Assembly (NCBI GenBank): GCA_036918135.1
Contig: JBALDB010000007.1
Location: 288,001-352,000, forward strand
Direction: 5' to 3'
Source: Nostoc sp.
Lineage (GTDB): Bacteria > Cyanobacteriota > Cyanobacteriia > Cyanobacteriales > Nostocaceae
DNA length: 64,000 nt
The position numbers were made by a program, and so were the translations under genes. Numbering within the stretch: the stretch's first letter is position 1; every line of letters begins with the position of its first letter. This document shows positions 38,687-49,161 of the stretch, one piece after another. The notes below the pieces were generated by a model. It did no database searches, had not been told where the DNA came from, and saw nothing but the letters and a program-made list of their open reading frames with translations.

Positions 38687-40897
38687 ATGAGTGTGAATGA
38701 TACTGTACATAACGATAATTTTACTTGGAATCGACAAGTATACCAACGCTTAAAACTTGCCTTAAGTCTTGGTTTGCGGCGACAACTTTTTTTTGCAATA
38801 TGTGATGATTTACATTTAAGAAATCAAGTAGCAGCCCGTTTGCATTCTACATTGGCTTATCCTGTGGGACAAGTGCTATATCAACCATCAAATGCTCAAG
38901 AAAATAGCACTCCAGCTTATCCACGATTAGTGACGTTGCGTTTAAATTTAAACGATCCCAATCCCATAGTTCAAATCAATCAATGGGTGGCCAATTATCC
39001 ACCGCCAATTGTTGGGGCATCAAAAGATACTCCAGGAAGAGTTTCTCCAATACCAGCATTTCAGATTGTAGGCGTGGAGCAGTTAACTAAGCAACCAGTA
39101 GCAACGCAGCGTTTATTCTTGCATTATCTCCGTTTAAGCGAGCAATATTTCTCCACACAAGAATCCAGTCGATTTCTAGAATCTAACTTGCTGTTGTGGA
39201 TACCGCGTCCTTGGTTGTCTGCCATCCAACAATCAGCACCACAGTTTTGGCGTTACCGTACTGGGGTATTTGTGTTTGCTGGAGAACCTACACCAGCAAC
39301 TCAGAATTCAAGATATCCAGAACGTTTTTCTAATTCTAGAAGTTTGGATGTAGGGAATCTTGAGCAGTCGATTTCAGATGAATCTGTTACCCAAGCAGAA
39401 TTCAAAACAACAGCTAGTGAATTAAAGTTTGAGAAGAATTCCAATTTTTCACCACAGACACCAGAAAATAATGTACACAAAATCCAGTCAGATAGCGCAT
39501 CAATCATCGATTTATCGAAGATTGTGTCACAACAGGAATTTACTATTAGATCTGGCAGTGGAAACGAGCAGCAATTACTATCTTCTTTATCTCATATTAG
39601 CAGTGAGTTAACAGAGTTAGTATTAGCAACAATCAACACAAAGATTACTCAAGATATAGAGGATGACTGGCAACCGCAGCAGATTTTGTTAGAAATTGAA
39701 GAATTACATTCACAACAACTTCCTGGGGAAATACTGGCAGAAGCTTATCATCGCTTGGGTAACTTATACCGCCTTCGGATTGAGCAAGGAGAATCAACCT
39801 TAGAAAATTTGATGGTAGCAATTATTGCTTATCAAGAGGCAATTAGCTATAACGAAACTTCACCGCAACTCCCAGATATTTTGAATGACTTGGGTACACT
39901 TTATTGGATGTTATACCGCACACCACCGAATTCTGAAGAAGGACAAACTTATATAGAACAAGCAATAGAATTTTATCAGTTGGCGTTAAATACAATCTCA
40001 CCCCAGACACATCCAGAAACTTACGCCCGCGTGCAAAACAACTTAGGGACAGCTTATGGTGATTTAGCCCGTTTTTCTCAGCCATCTGAGAATTGGCAAC
40101 AAGCAGTTTTAGCTTACAGCGAAGCACTCAATTACCGTACAGCTGATATGGATTCATTAAAGTATGCTGCTTGCCAAAATAATTTGGGAACTGCTTACTG
40201 GCATTTGGGACAATATAATCAACCGATTGTGCATTTAAAGAAAGCGATCGCCGCTTACAACGAAGCACTTGTACGCTACAATCCCCAAGAGGAACCGCTC
40301 AAGTATGGCATGATTCAAAACAACATTGGTACTGCTTATTGGAATTTGGCACAATACGAACAACCTGCTGAAAATTTACAACTAGCTATTGATGTTTATA
40401 ACGAAGCTCTGAAATATCGTACTCCAGCTAACGTTCCTAGTGCCTGTGCTGCCACACAAAATAATTTGGGTACTGCCTATTGGCATTTAGCAAATCTATC
40501 TCAAACACCAAAAGAAGCACGGCAAAAATATCTGCAACTATGCATCAGTGCTTACGAAGAAGCTATAGCTTTGGCTCATTCACTAAGCAGTAACTCTTTA
40601 AGTTTTGACTTATTTGCCTCTCATAATAACTTGGGACTGGCACACTATCAGCTAGTAATAGATAAATCTTTTAATGCCGATAAAGTAACACGTTCTCAAC
40701 ATCTAGAAGTAGCATTAGAACATCATTTGCAAGCTCTAAATGGATTCAGTAAACAACCAGAAGTTTATCAAACAACCTTCGGTTATATGGTAAAAACTAT
40801 TCGTGCTTTTCATAATGAATTAGGAATACAAGGACAAAATCTCGCTTTATCGAAAGTTCCAAGTCAGTTGTTACCAGAAATTTTGTCAAAGTTGTAG
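38687..40897 (+). CDS. Tetratricopeptide repeat protein
   Basis: Repeated QNNLGTAY..L TPR units after a distinct N-terminal domain. Confidence 0.88.
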   Translation: MSVNDTVHNDNFTWNRQVYQRLKLALSLGLRRQLFFAICDDLHLRNQVAARLHSTLAYPVGQVLYQPSNAQENSTPAYPRLVTLRLNLNDPNPIVQINQWVANYPPPIVGASKDTPGRVSPIPAFQIVGVEQLTKQPVATQRLFLHYLRLSEQYFSTQESSRFLESNLLLWIPRPWLSAIQQSAPQFWRYRTGVFVFAGEPTPATQNSRYPERFSNSRSLDVGNLEQSISDESVTQAEFKTTASELKFEKNSNFSPQTPENNVHKIQSDSASIIDLSKIVSQQEFTIRSGSGNEQQLLSSLSHISSELTELVLATINTKITQDIEDDWQPQQILLEIEELHSQQLPGEILAEAYHRLGNLYRLRIEQGESTLENLMVAIIAYQEAISYNETSPQLPDILNDLGTLYWMLYRTPPNSEEGQTYIEQAIEFYQLALNTISPQTHPETYARVQNNLGTAYGDLARFSQPSENWQQAVLAYSEALNYRTADMDSLKYAACQNNLGTAYWHLGQYNQPIVHLKKAIAAYNEALVRYNPQEEPLKYGMIQNNIGTAYWNLAQYEQPAENLQLAIDVYNEALKYRTPANVPSACAATQNNLGTAYWHLANLSQTPKEARQKYLQLCISAYEEAIALAHSLSSNSLSFDLFASHNNLGLAHYQLVIDKSFNADKVTRSQHLEVALEHHLQALNGFSKQPEVYQTTFGYMVKTIRAFHNELGIQGQNLALSKVPSQLLPEILSKL

Positions 40898-40907
40898 TTT
40901 AGTCAAC

Positions 40908-41017
40908 TATAGCAGGAGGCAGGGGACAGCTATGCTGTTCTTGCTGGAGGTAAAAACTATTACTCTTCCTGACATTCATACTTTTAAAAAGTCCTAACCT
41001 GTATGACTACGGCTATA
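40908..41017. mobile_element. MITE-like element with TATAGC...GCTATA ends, copy 2 with a short insert
   Basis: Homologous to 22759-22845 in inverted orientation, with an extra ~23 nt (gggacagctatgctgttcttgct). Confidence 0.75.
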
Positions 41018-41074
41018 TATATTCCAAGTCAGACATAACAACTTTTCTTGTAACGCCTAATACCGTCTCCAAAT

Positions 41075-41956
41075 TTAATTAATCCTTTTTCTTACCAATT
41101 CTGGAATTTGAGAAGGGCGTTCAGCTACAGGAACTTGTACTTCTTTCAAAGCAGCTAATTTACTTTGGGCTGTACCAAAATTAGGATCGCGTCCGATAAA
41201 TGTTGCTAAAGTCCCAGTTTGACGCCAACTTTTTCCTGGTGGTGCTTGTCTGCCTGCGATATAGCCAATTACTGGTTTATCAATGGCCTCAGCAATGTAC
41301 CGCGCCGCCGCTTCTTCACTACCACCGCCGGGTTGACCGACTAAAACGATCGCTTGTGTAGTTTCATCTTCATCGAGAATTTGCAGCCATTGCAAAAACG
41401 AGGAACCGACGATTGCATCACTACCAATACTGACACTAATTGACTGCCCCAAACCAGCTTTTGTTAATTCATAAGCGACTTCGTAGGTGAGGGTACTGCT
41501 ACGACTGACGATCCCCACTGGCCCTGGTGTATAAAACTCGCTAGGTTGAGTTCCCAAAAGAATTTTTCCAGGTACAATAATCCCCGGACTATTTGGCCCT
41601 ACTACCAAAGTTTCACATGCCTCGGCTTTGCGGAGTAATTGCACCATATCCAAAGGTGGCACGCCAGCGGTGATAATGATAATTTGGCGAATCTGAGATG
41701 CGATCGCTTCTAATGCCGCATCCAAAACATCGTAAGGATCTACACAGATAATTGTCGTGTCAATCGCGCCAAATTCTTGTACTACCTCCTCTACTAAGTC
41801 AAATACTGGCAGTTCGTGCATTTCCTGTCCGCCGCATCCAGGATTGACACCAGCTACCAAATTCGTGCCGTAAGCTTTCATTTGAGTAACATGAGTACCT
41901 GATATAAATTCACAAAAGCCTTGAATTAAGACTTTACTCTCTGGCGTTATGTTCAT
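41075..41956 (-). CDS. sucD: Succinyl-CoA ligase alpha subunit-like (catalytic His absent)
   Basis: YGTNLVAGVNPG, GPNSPG, SRSSTLTYE and GLGQS motifs; KRMGHAGA is replaced by KSWRQTGT. Confidence 0.88.
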   Translation of the reverse strand: MNITPESKVLIQGFCEFISGTHVTQMKAYGTNLVAGVNPGCGGQEMHELPVFDLVEEVVQEFGAIDTTIICVDPYDVLDAALEAIASQIRQIIIITAGVPPLDMVQLLRKAEACETLVVGPNSPGIIVPGKILLGTQPSEFYTPGPVGIVSRSSTLTYEVAYELTKAGLGQSISVSIGSDAIVGSSFLQWLQILDEDETTQAIVLVGQPGGGSEEAAARYIAEAIDKPVIGYIAGRQAPPGKSWRQTGTLATFIGRDPNFGTAQSKLAALKEVQVPVAERPSQIPELVRKRIN

Positions 41957-42256
41957 AATAAATTACCGTAAGCTTGGCAAGCCAGTGAGTCGAGCCACTG
42001 GGCATACAACGATATGTATACAGTATTGTATTAATTGAGTTTTACTGAAATTTATTACTTTTCATATTTCATTTGCAAATTTATCTCCACTACTAAAAAG
42101 TAATACTAATTTAACCAAATAAGCCTACAGAATTAAAAGTAGGAAATTTAGATAGCATTTGACAAATCTTAATTTTTAATTATATCGCGCTTTGTGCTTC
42201 CCATTTACACTTGCGTTGCCGAGCATAATGCATTACAAATTAGTAGTTCTTGGTGG

Positions 42257-43480
42257 CTACTTCTTATTAGTATTTGGTTTAGCGATCCGAACTGCAACTT
42301 TCACCGCTTCATCTAAATTTTCTACCACAGCAAGAGTATTGCTGTTAGTTTTAAGTGTTGCTAAATAATTTTTAGTTGGATTTAACTCAGAACCAGCAAT
42401 GCGGATAACTAAGGATGGAAAATCCACATTTTGGTGTTTACTACCATTAGAGCGTCCAACTTGTAATTTGAATTCATTATTGTCTGGTTGGACAAATTTG
42501 GCTATAACTTGGGTTACTTCCTCAGCTTGAGGAATGCTACCTAAGAAGTTAATTAGTATGACTTCGATGCTTTTGTCAGCAGCCAAAATTTTTAAACCTG
42601 TTTCTAGGCGATCGCAAAAGGTAGTTGGTGTGGTATCTGTAAGGAAAGCATGGCGTAGATTCAAACAAACACCTGGTTTACCGCCAGCATTAGACACTAA
42701 ATCCAAAGTTGCCATAACTGAACCAGTACCATTACCTAAAATCCCGATTTTTCCGTGCATTTGCACGCCTTCCCAGTCGCCCAAAATACCGTTGATTTCA
42801 GTACTTGGATGACGGCTGATAATTTTTGCTGCCATTTGGGCAATATCTGGATGACGCTTGATCGAGCGTTCATTTACCCTGACTTTACCATTGAGAGCCA
42901 TAACTTCACCATTAGGATTGACTGCCAAGGGATTAATTTCGACTAAATCCAGGTCTTTTTGCACAAATAATTGATACATCTTCTGGACAACGCTGCTTAC
43001 CGACTGCATCAGCATCCCCTGCAAGCCCATTTTCAAAGCGAGTCGTCGGGCATAAAATGGAGAAAATTCTTGTTCGACAACGACATAGTGCATTTTTTCT
43101 CCAGCGGATTCCCAATCAATGTTTGCTTCATTGCAACCTAAAAGCACTGGTCGGCAAACTGCGGTGTCTAAAACCACTGCTAGATAAAATTCCTGGTTGG
43201 CGTCGTATTGGGATTCTGCTAGGACAACTTCCGGCAACTCCCCCCATATTGGTAAACTAAAGATATTTTGAGCAGCAGCGATCGCATCGATAGTTGTTTC
43301 GGCAAACCTGACTCCACCTGCTTTTGCCCGTTCTGCTCCATGTACTTGAGATTTCAGTACAATTGGAAAGCGAATTTTTAAACGTTTTAAATCTGTAGGA
43401 TGGTCAATTCGTTGCGAAGGCAATACAGGAATGCCTATTTTCCCAAACCATTCTTTCACTTGATACTCTAATAAATCCAT
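42257..43480 (-). CDS. sucC: Succinyl-CoA ligase beta subunit-like
   Basis: MDLLEYQ.K, KSQV...R.KAGGV, EINPL and GNG.G..MATLD motifs. Confidence 0.88.
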   Translation of the reverse strand: MDLLEYQVKEWFGKIGIPVLPSQRIDHPTDLKRLKIRFPIVLKSQVHGAERAKAGGVRFAETTIDAIAAAQNIFSLPIWGELPEVVLAESQYDANQEFYLAVVLDTAVCRPVLLGCNEANIDWESAGEKMHYVVVEQEFSPFYARRLALKMGLQGMLMQSVSSVVQKMYQLFVQKDLDLVEINPLAVNPNGEVMALNGKVRVNERSIKRHPDIAQMAAKIISRHPSTEINGILGDWEGVQMHGKIGILGNGTGSVMATLDLVSNAGGKPGVCLNLRHAFLTDTTPTTFCDRLETGLKILAADKSIEVILINFLGSIPQAEEVTQVIAKFVQPDNNEFKLQVGRSNGSKHQNVDFPSLVIRIAGSELNPTKNYLATLKTNSNTLAVVENLDEAVKVAVRIAKPNTNKK

Positions 43481-43788
43481 TGATACACCTTGTATTTGCA
43501 CTTTCCAACCTGAGGGTTAGTACTGTCTAAATATTTGACAGCACTTTGATTACATAATTAAACTTTTGGCAGCTATAAAAACTTATTTTTCACGTATCAA
43601 TTTTATCGAATTCAGCAGATGAGGCAAATTAATTTTCCTACCCACAAGACGTAATTAATCTCCTCAGTAGACTTCCCAGCATAGAAGATAACTAGCATTC
43701 CTGTCAAAAACCTCTGACATAGCCATATTTCCTTAACCTGTGGATAATTTTGCCATAATTTGTCTGCAAATATAATCTTGCCAAAGAG

Positions 43789-43933
43789 TAAGTAAGTCGG
43801 AGTAAATATTTATCATTAAGATCGGGCAGAGAGCAGAGAACAGAGAGCAGAAGGCAAAAGGCAGAAGAGAAGAGGGTTTTAGTTGATTTAATTTTTCGTT
43901 ACATACTTTGGTCTATTTACACTGTTCTACTTA
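43789..43933. mobile_element. MITE-like element (TAAGTA...CTACTTA ends), copy 3
   Basis: taagtaagtcggagtaaata ... tatttacactgttctactta, with internal gcagaga heptamers. Confidence 0.6.
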
Positions 43934-44253
43934 GCTGTTGTGAATTTAATTGTCATAAAATTAGGCAGTGAAAATGCTCAAAAATTTTATTATTCCCGTT
44001 TTTTCTGAAAAAATATATACCTGTGGATAGATTATCTAATTTTGTATCTACTAGCTTGAAAATGTAGCCATACGAACAATTACTAATATTTAAATTTTTG
44101 GTTAAAAGTCAGAATTTGTGTTAAAAAGTTGTTCGATTATATTTTCAGGCTGTGATTGGTTAAACTGTGCATCTTTATTCAACAAATCCAAAAAGTTCAT
44201 TTCATCTCCTTAAAAATAATCAAAACAATATAGAAGTTCAGTACGAAAGTTTT

Positions 44254-46083
44254 ATGAAAGTAGCAGTCCAGCAGGAAGATTTACAGCTTTTAGCTAAAAC
44301 TTTGCAGGAACAATTGCTCGTAGAAGTCTCATCAAATGGAGCCTTTGAAGTTAAATGTGCCGTCAATAAAGACGAGCTAATGATTTTAACTCAACACCCA
44401 TCAAGTGTAATAGTTGATGCTCAAGTTATCTTTGCAGTCATCGAGGATGTACTTCAGTCCTTAGCATCCTACAGAGAGCAACGAGTGCAATGTTTCCTCA
44501 GAGTTTTTGGCGAACAACTTCCTTATAGCAAATGTTTTTTAGCTCTCAAGCAAAGAACGGGATGGGAAGACGAGGAGATGGGAATTTGGGGAGTTCAAGG
44601 AGTAAGGGGAGTAGGGGAAGATGAGGAAGTGGGGAAAGATGAGGGAGCAATATCTTCCTTGTCTGCTTTGTCCGCCTACTCCTCATCCTCTTCATCCGCC
44701 TCATCAGCTCTGACCTATTTACCATCAATTGATGAAACTGAACAAGAAGAAGTATTCGACCCATTTGCAGATGCGCCGAATTTAGCGGCTTCTAAACCAG
44801 CACGCCTCAAACCTCTATTCGTAGGTGTAGCCTTGGTGGGAATTGTCGTTTTAGGCATTGGCGGTTATTTACTGACTCGCCCTTGTGTGATGTCTGAGTG
44901 CAAAGAAATACAAGTTGCTGAGCAATTAAAAACAGAATCCCCGGAATTGATGCGCCGCGCCAAGTCAGAAAAAGAATTAGTAGCAGTGCAGCAGCAACTT
45001 GTAGCGGCTAGCACAGCCTTGAACGTAATTCCTAGTTGGTCGCCGCGTTACCAGGTATCGGAAGAACTCAAAGCAAATTTATCTGGGCGGTCAGAAAAAA
45101 TCGACCAGGTAGTTAAGGCTTTGCAGACCGCATCTTTAGCGGCAGAAAAAATTAAAACTCCCGCAGATAGTTTAGAAGAAATACAAGCTAGACAACAATT
45201 ATGGCGACAGGCGATCGCACCACTAGAGGCTATAACTCCTAATAGCGAACTGTATGCTCTAGTACAAGCAAAATTATTTAGCTATCGTATCAGTTTGCAC
45301 GCTGTGAATCAGCAGATACTAATTGAAGAAAAATGGCTGAAAAAACTAGCAGCAGCAAAAGCTGTAGCTGATACAGCCGAGAACCGACAAGCTAGTGCTA
45401 AATCCTTGAAGGATTGGCAAAAAGTGGAGTCTAACTGGCAGATAGTTATTAATGCCTTGAGAGTGATTCCCCAGACTAGCCCCACATATCAACAAGCCCA
45501 AAAGTTGTTGTTAGATTATAAACCTAAGTTAGTAGCAGCACGCGAGCGCACTATTAAAGAACAATTAGCTGCTAGAACCTACCAACAAGCTGTTAGTAGC
45601 GCCAACCAAGCCAAAGTCTATCAGCAACAAAACCAATGGCAAGCAGCAGCAACATACTGGGAGCAGGCTTTGGAAACTGCTAAAAAAGTTTCCCAAGATA
45701 GCTTGTACTACACTCAGGCTCAGTCCCTAATCGAACCCTACTCAACAGCCCTCAAACAAGTACAAGAAAAACTACAAGTTGTTAGTAGTTTGCAACAAAC
45801 CCGTACTGACTTAGGTAAAACCTGTGTTAATGGAATTCGGATTTGCACTTTTAGCATGGATAATGTAGGAATTATTGTGCGGTTAACTCCTGAGTACGAC
45901 CAATTAAGACAAAATACCTTAGCTAATCCTAATTCACAGAATTTGGATACTGCTGTTAACTTTAGCAATCACTTACAAATCCTACGAGAAGCCCTAGCTG
46001 TAATTAGTGACAATGCCAATTTGTCCCTTTCCCTTTATGATTCCCAAGGTCAGGTAATTTATACACGGACTTTAGGAGAATAG
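44254..46083 (+). CDS. Hypothetical single-TM protein with alpha-helical (TPR-like) repeats
   Basis: TM segment LFVGVALVGIVVLGIGGYLL and W..AI..L..IP..S..Y..AQ repeats; start uncertain. Confidence 0.8.
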   Translation: MKVAVQQEDLQLLAKTLQEQLLVEVSSNGAFEVKCAVNKDELMILTQHPSSVIVDAQVIFAVIEDVLQSLASYREQRVQCFLRVFGEQLPYSKCFLALKQRTGWEDEEMGIWGVQGVRGVGEDEEVGKDEGAISSLSALSAYSSSSSSASSALTYLPSIDETEQEEVFDPFADAPNLAASKPARLKPLFVGVALVGIVVLGIGGYLLTRPCVMSECKEIQVAEQLKTESPELMRRAKSEKELVAVQQQLVAASTALNVIPSWSPRYQVSEELKANLSGRSEKIDQVVKALQTASLAAEKIKTPADSLEEIQARQQLWRQAIAPLEAITPNSELYALVQAKLFSYRISLHAVNQQILIEEKWLKKLAAAKAVADTAENRQASAKSLKDWQKVESNWQIVINALRVIPQTSPTYQQAQKLLLDYKPKLVAARERTIKEQLAARTYQQAVSSANQAKVYQQQNQWQAAATYWEQALETAKKVSQDSLYYTQAQSLIEPYSTALKQVQEKLQVVSSLQQTRTDLGKTCVNGIRICTFSMDNVGIIVRLTPEYDQLRQNTLANPNSQNLDTAVNFSNHLQILREALAVISDNANLSLSLYDSQGQVIYTRTLGE

Positions 46084-46183
46084 AAAAGTTAGGAGTAGAA
46101 ACGCAATCTGCAACACAAAGAAATTTATGAATAAAATGATGTTAGAAAAGTCATAAAATAAAACATCATTTGATATATATAGT

Positions 46184-46459
46184 ATGGAGCAACAAACTGT
46201 TCGCACAACATTGACCCTCCCAAAGGATTTGTTAGAGGCAACGGATAAAGCCGTTCAGGCAGGAAAAGCCAAAAGCCGCAACGAGTTTGTAATACAGGCA
46301 TTACGGCGTGAACTCGCTACTCAAAAACGGGCACAAATTGATCTAGCCTTAGCAGAAATGGCAAGTGACGTAGAGTATCAAGCCGAAGTTTTGCAGATGG
46401 AGGCAGAATTTGCTCCGGCTCAGTGGGAAGCTTTGAGGTTAGAGGAAATTTCCGAATGA
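46184..46459 (+). CDS. CopG/RHH antitoxin
   Basis: VRTTLTLP..LL...D......SRNEFV..ALRREL; ATGA overlap with the toxin gene. Confidence 0.85.
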   Translation: MEQQTVRTTLTLPKDLLEATDKAVQAGKAKSRNEFVIQALRRELATQKRAQIDLALAEMASDVEYQAEVLQMEAEFAPAQWEALRLEEISE

Positions 46460-46842
46460 GACGGGGTGAAGTCTACGATGCCCGTCTAGAGCCAACTGAA
46501 GGATCGGAACAGGGTGGAACCCGTCCAATCATTATTGTCAGCCGGGATGTGATTAATGCTGCCAGTCCTGTGATTCTAGCAGTTCCCTGTACAACCTATC
46601 GGTCGAGTAAACGAATCTATCCTACACAAGTGTTGCTCCAGCCACCTGAGGGTGGATTAACTCATGATTCGCTGGCAATGACAGATCAGATTCGGGTACT
46701 CTCAAAATCCCGCTTATTACGTTTGCGCGGAACACTTTCAGCAGTAGCAATCGCTCAACTCAACCGTTCGCTATTAATTGCCCTCGATTTACCAGGGCAA
46801 GATGATGAAATACTCTTAGATATTAACGCTTCACCTGATTAA
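46456..46842 (+). CDS. PemK/MazF-family toxin
   Basis: MRRGEVY..L.P..GSEQGG.RP..VS, VPCT and DQIR..SK.RL motifs. Confidence 0.92.
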   Translation: MRRGEVYDARLEPTEGSEQGGTRPIIIVSRDVINAASPVILAVPCTTYRSSKRIYPTQVLLQPPEGGLTHDSLAMTDQIRVLSKSRLLRLRGTLSAVAIAQLNRSLLIALDLPGQDDEILLDINASPD

Positions 46843-47607
46843 CTGCGCGGTGGAGTTAAAAAACTGACGACACAATCCCTTAGTCAACAAAACTGTTGTC
46901 AGTAAGTTAGCAAAAGCAACCATGAAAGTAATTAAAATTTCGTAGGACACAGCATCCAAAGGTTTGACACCAGCGAGTAATTGTCCGGTGGTAATTCCTG
47001 GTATTGCCACCATACCTATAAGTATCATTTGATTGAGAGTTGGAATCAATGCGACCCTAATGGCGTCTTTGCGGTACTGGCTAACAGCTTGCTCTGGTGT
47101 TGCACCTAAGCTCAAATGGGTTTCTATTTCTAGATGGCTGGAATTAATCGTAGTGACAAGGCGTTCCCCAGCGATCGCCGCTGCGTTCATGGCATTACCT
47201 ATGACTATCCCTGCTAAGGGAATCACATACTGTGGTTGATACCATCTGTCTGGTTGAAGAATCAAGAAGTTGGTATAAAGCACTGTCAAGGCGCTACTGA
47301 TGAAAATTGCACCCCATACCAAAGGCAATACATAAGGAATTTTTTGACTGATGCGATTTCGTGCGACAATCGCCGTAATCGTCAGCATGATTGCTAATAT
47401 CGCTAAAACTGCCCAACCATTGTTCCAAGCAAAGATGAAATCTAAAATGTATCCCAATACAAGTAGTTGTAAGATGGTTCTTCCAGTAGCAAGGGCTAAG
47501 TTCAACTCTAGTCCTAATTTTTCCCAGCTAGATACACCAATGGCGATCGCCATTAATCCTAAAGCAATAGCTAAATCCACGAAATCTAGCTCGATTGGCT
47601 CCTGCAT
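46831..47607 (-). CDS. fetB: ABC transporter permease FetB/UPF0014
   Basis: RTILQL, PQYVIPLAG..GNAMN, IE..LSLGAT and G.V.IPG..TGQ motifs. Confidence 0.85.
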   Translation of the reverse strand: MQEPIELDFVDLAIALGLMAIAIGVSSWEKLGLELNLALATGRTILQLLVLGYILDFIFAWNNGWAVLAILAIMLTITAIVARNRISQKIPYVLPLVWGAIFISSALTVLYTNFLILQPDRWYQPQYVIPLAGIVIGNAMNAAAIAGERLVTTINSSHLEIETHLSLGATPEQAVSQYRKDAIRVALIPTLNQMILIGMVAIPGITTGQLLAGVKPLDAVSYEILITFMVAFANLLTTVLLTKGLCRQFFNSTAQLIR

Positions 47608-47932
47608 GGGTTTTTTATCTCCTGGTATTTTATTCTCAAAGCAGCACGTACAAGAGGAACTTTGATTCAACGTGTTGGCTCTTGGTTGATATATGTCACC
47701 TTCAGCAATTTAAAATTCAAAATGGTACAACTTTAACATGGCAACCACTTAGTAAGACTACTTTCTTGTAAATTAAATGTGCGGTTGAATACACCACAAT
47801 TCCAGCAAAAACCCTAAGAGATGCGTAATTTGGGCGATAGTCTTTTGACAGCTCTTTGATTAACAATTCAATCTGCAAAAATTGACTCTCGAAGTGCATC
47901 CTTTGTATCTTCCGATAAAATAATAAGAACTC

Positions 47933-49081
47933 ATGATCCAAAGCGTAAATCCCGTCCCTGCTTTTGATATCAAGCAGCAATATACCAGCATTGAAGCAGA
48001 AGTAAGTGCAGCAGTTTTAGAAGTTCTAGCTTCTGGTCGTTATATCGGCGGCCCCTTAGTCGAAGGCTTTGAGCAACAGTTTGCCGCGTATCATGGTGTT
48101 AGTCAATGTATAGCTTGTAATTCTGGTACTGATGCGCTTTATTTAGCTCTACGAGTGTTGGGAATTGGTGCAGGCGATGAAGTGATTACAACCCCTTTCA
48201 CTTTTATCGCTACTGCTGAAGTGATTAGCGCCGTGGGTGCAAAACCTGTTTTTGTTGATATTGATACTACTACGTTTAACTTAGATGTAGAGCAAATAAC
48301 AGCAGCAATTACACCAAAAACCAAAGCGATTATCCCGGTTCACCTATTTGGGCAACCAGTGGATATGACATCATTGATGGCAATCGCTCTTTCTCACAAT
48401 TTATCAGTAATTGAAGATTGCGCTCAATCTACAGGCGCAATTTGGACAGAGCAAAAAGTCGGCAGCATTGGACATATTGGTTGCTTTAGTTTCTACCCTA
48501 CCAAAAATCTTGGTGGTTGCGGGGATGGCGGAGCAATAACGACTAACGATCCAGCGATCGCCACAAAACTGCGAATCCTACGGGATCATGGAAGTAAAAT
48601 TCGATATTTACACGAGGAAATAGGTGTAAATAGCCGCTTGGATGCTCTACAAGCGGCTATTTTGCAAATTAAGCTGCGTTATTTGGATATTTGGAATGAA
48701 CGGCGGCAAGAAATTGCCAATTATTACTATCAGTTCCTCAGTCAAGTTCCAGGGATTGTCCCACCCCAAGAATTACCTGAGGGTATTGGGGTATGGAATC
48801 AATACACTATTCGCATCTCAGGTGAAGGACGAAATGGTGCCAGCGCCAAATATCGAGATTGGGTACGTAACCAATTGCAAGAGCAAGGCGTCAGTTCAAT
48901 GGTTTACTACCCCTACCCTTTACACTTGCAGCCAGTTTATCAAAATCTGGGCTATCAAATTGGAGACTTCCCAGTGGCAGAGCAAGCTTGCCATGAAGTT
49001 ATATCCTTGCCTATGTTCCCAGAACTGACACAACAACAGCAAGACCAAGTGATTTATGCGCTTAAAGAAGTTATGAGTTAA
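47933..49081 (+). CDS. DegT/DnrJ/EryC1/StrS aminotransferase
   Basis: NSGTDAL, TFIAT, EDCAQ, SFYPTKNLG..GDGG and NSRLD motifs. Confidence 0.95.
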   Translation: MIQSVNPVPAFDIKQQYTSIEAEVSAAVLEVLASGRYIGGPLVEGFEQQFAAYHGVSQCIACNSGTDALYLALRVLGIGAGDEVITTPFTFIATAEVISAVGAKPVFVDIDTTTFNLDVEQITAAITPKTKAIIPVHLFGQPVDMTSLMAIALSHNLSVIEDCAQSTGAIWTEQKVGSIGHIGCFSFYPTKNLGGCGDGGAITTNDPAIATKLRILRDHGSKIRYLHEEIGVNSRLDALQAAILQIKLRYLDIWNERRQEIANYYYQFLSQVPGIVPPQELPEGIGVWNQYTIRISGEGRNGASAKYRDWVRNQLQEQGVSSMVYYPYPLHLQPVYQNLGYQIGDFPVAEQACHEVISLPMFPELTQQQQDQVIYALKEVMS

Positions 49082-49161
49082 AAGTTAGGAATTGGGAGTG
49101 TAGGAGTTTGGAGTTTTGAATTAACAAGTTTCTTCAACTCCTAACTCCTAACTCACCGCTC

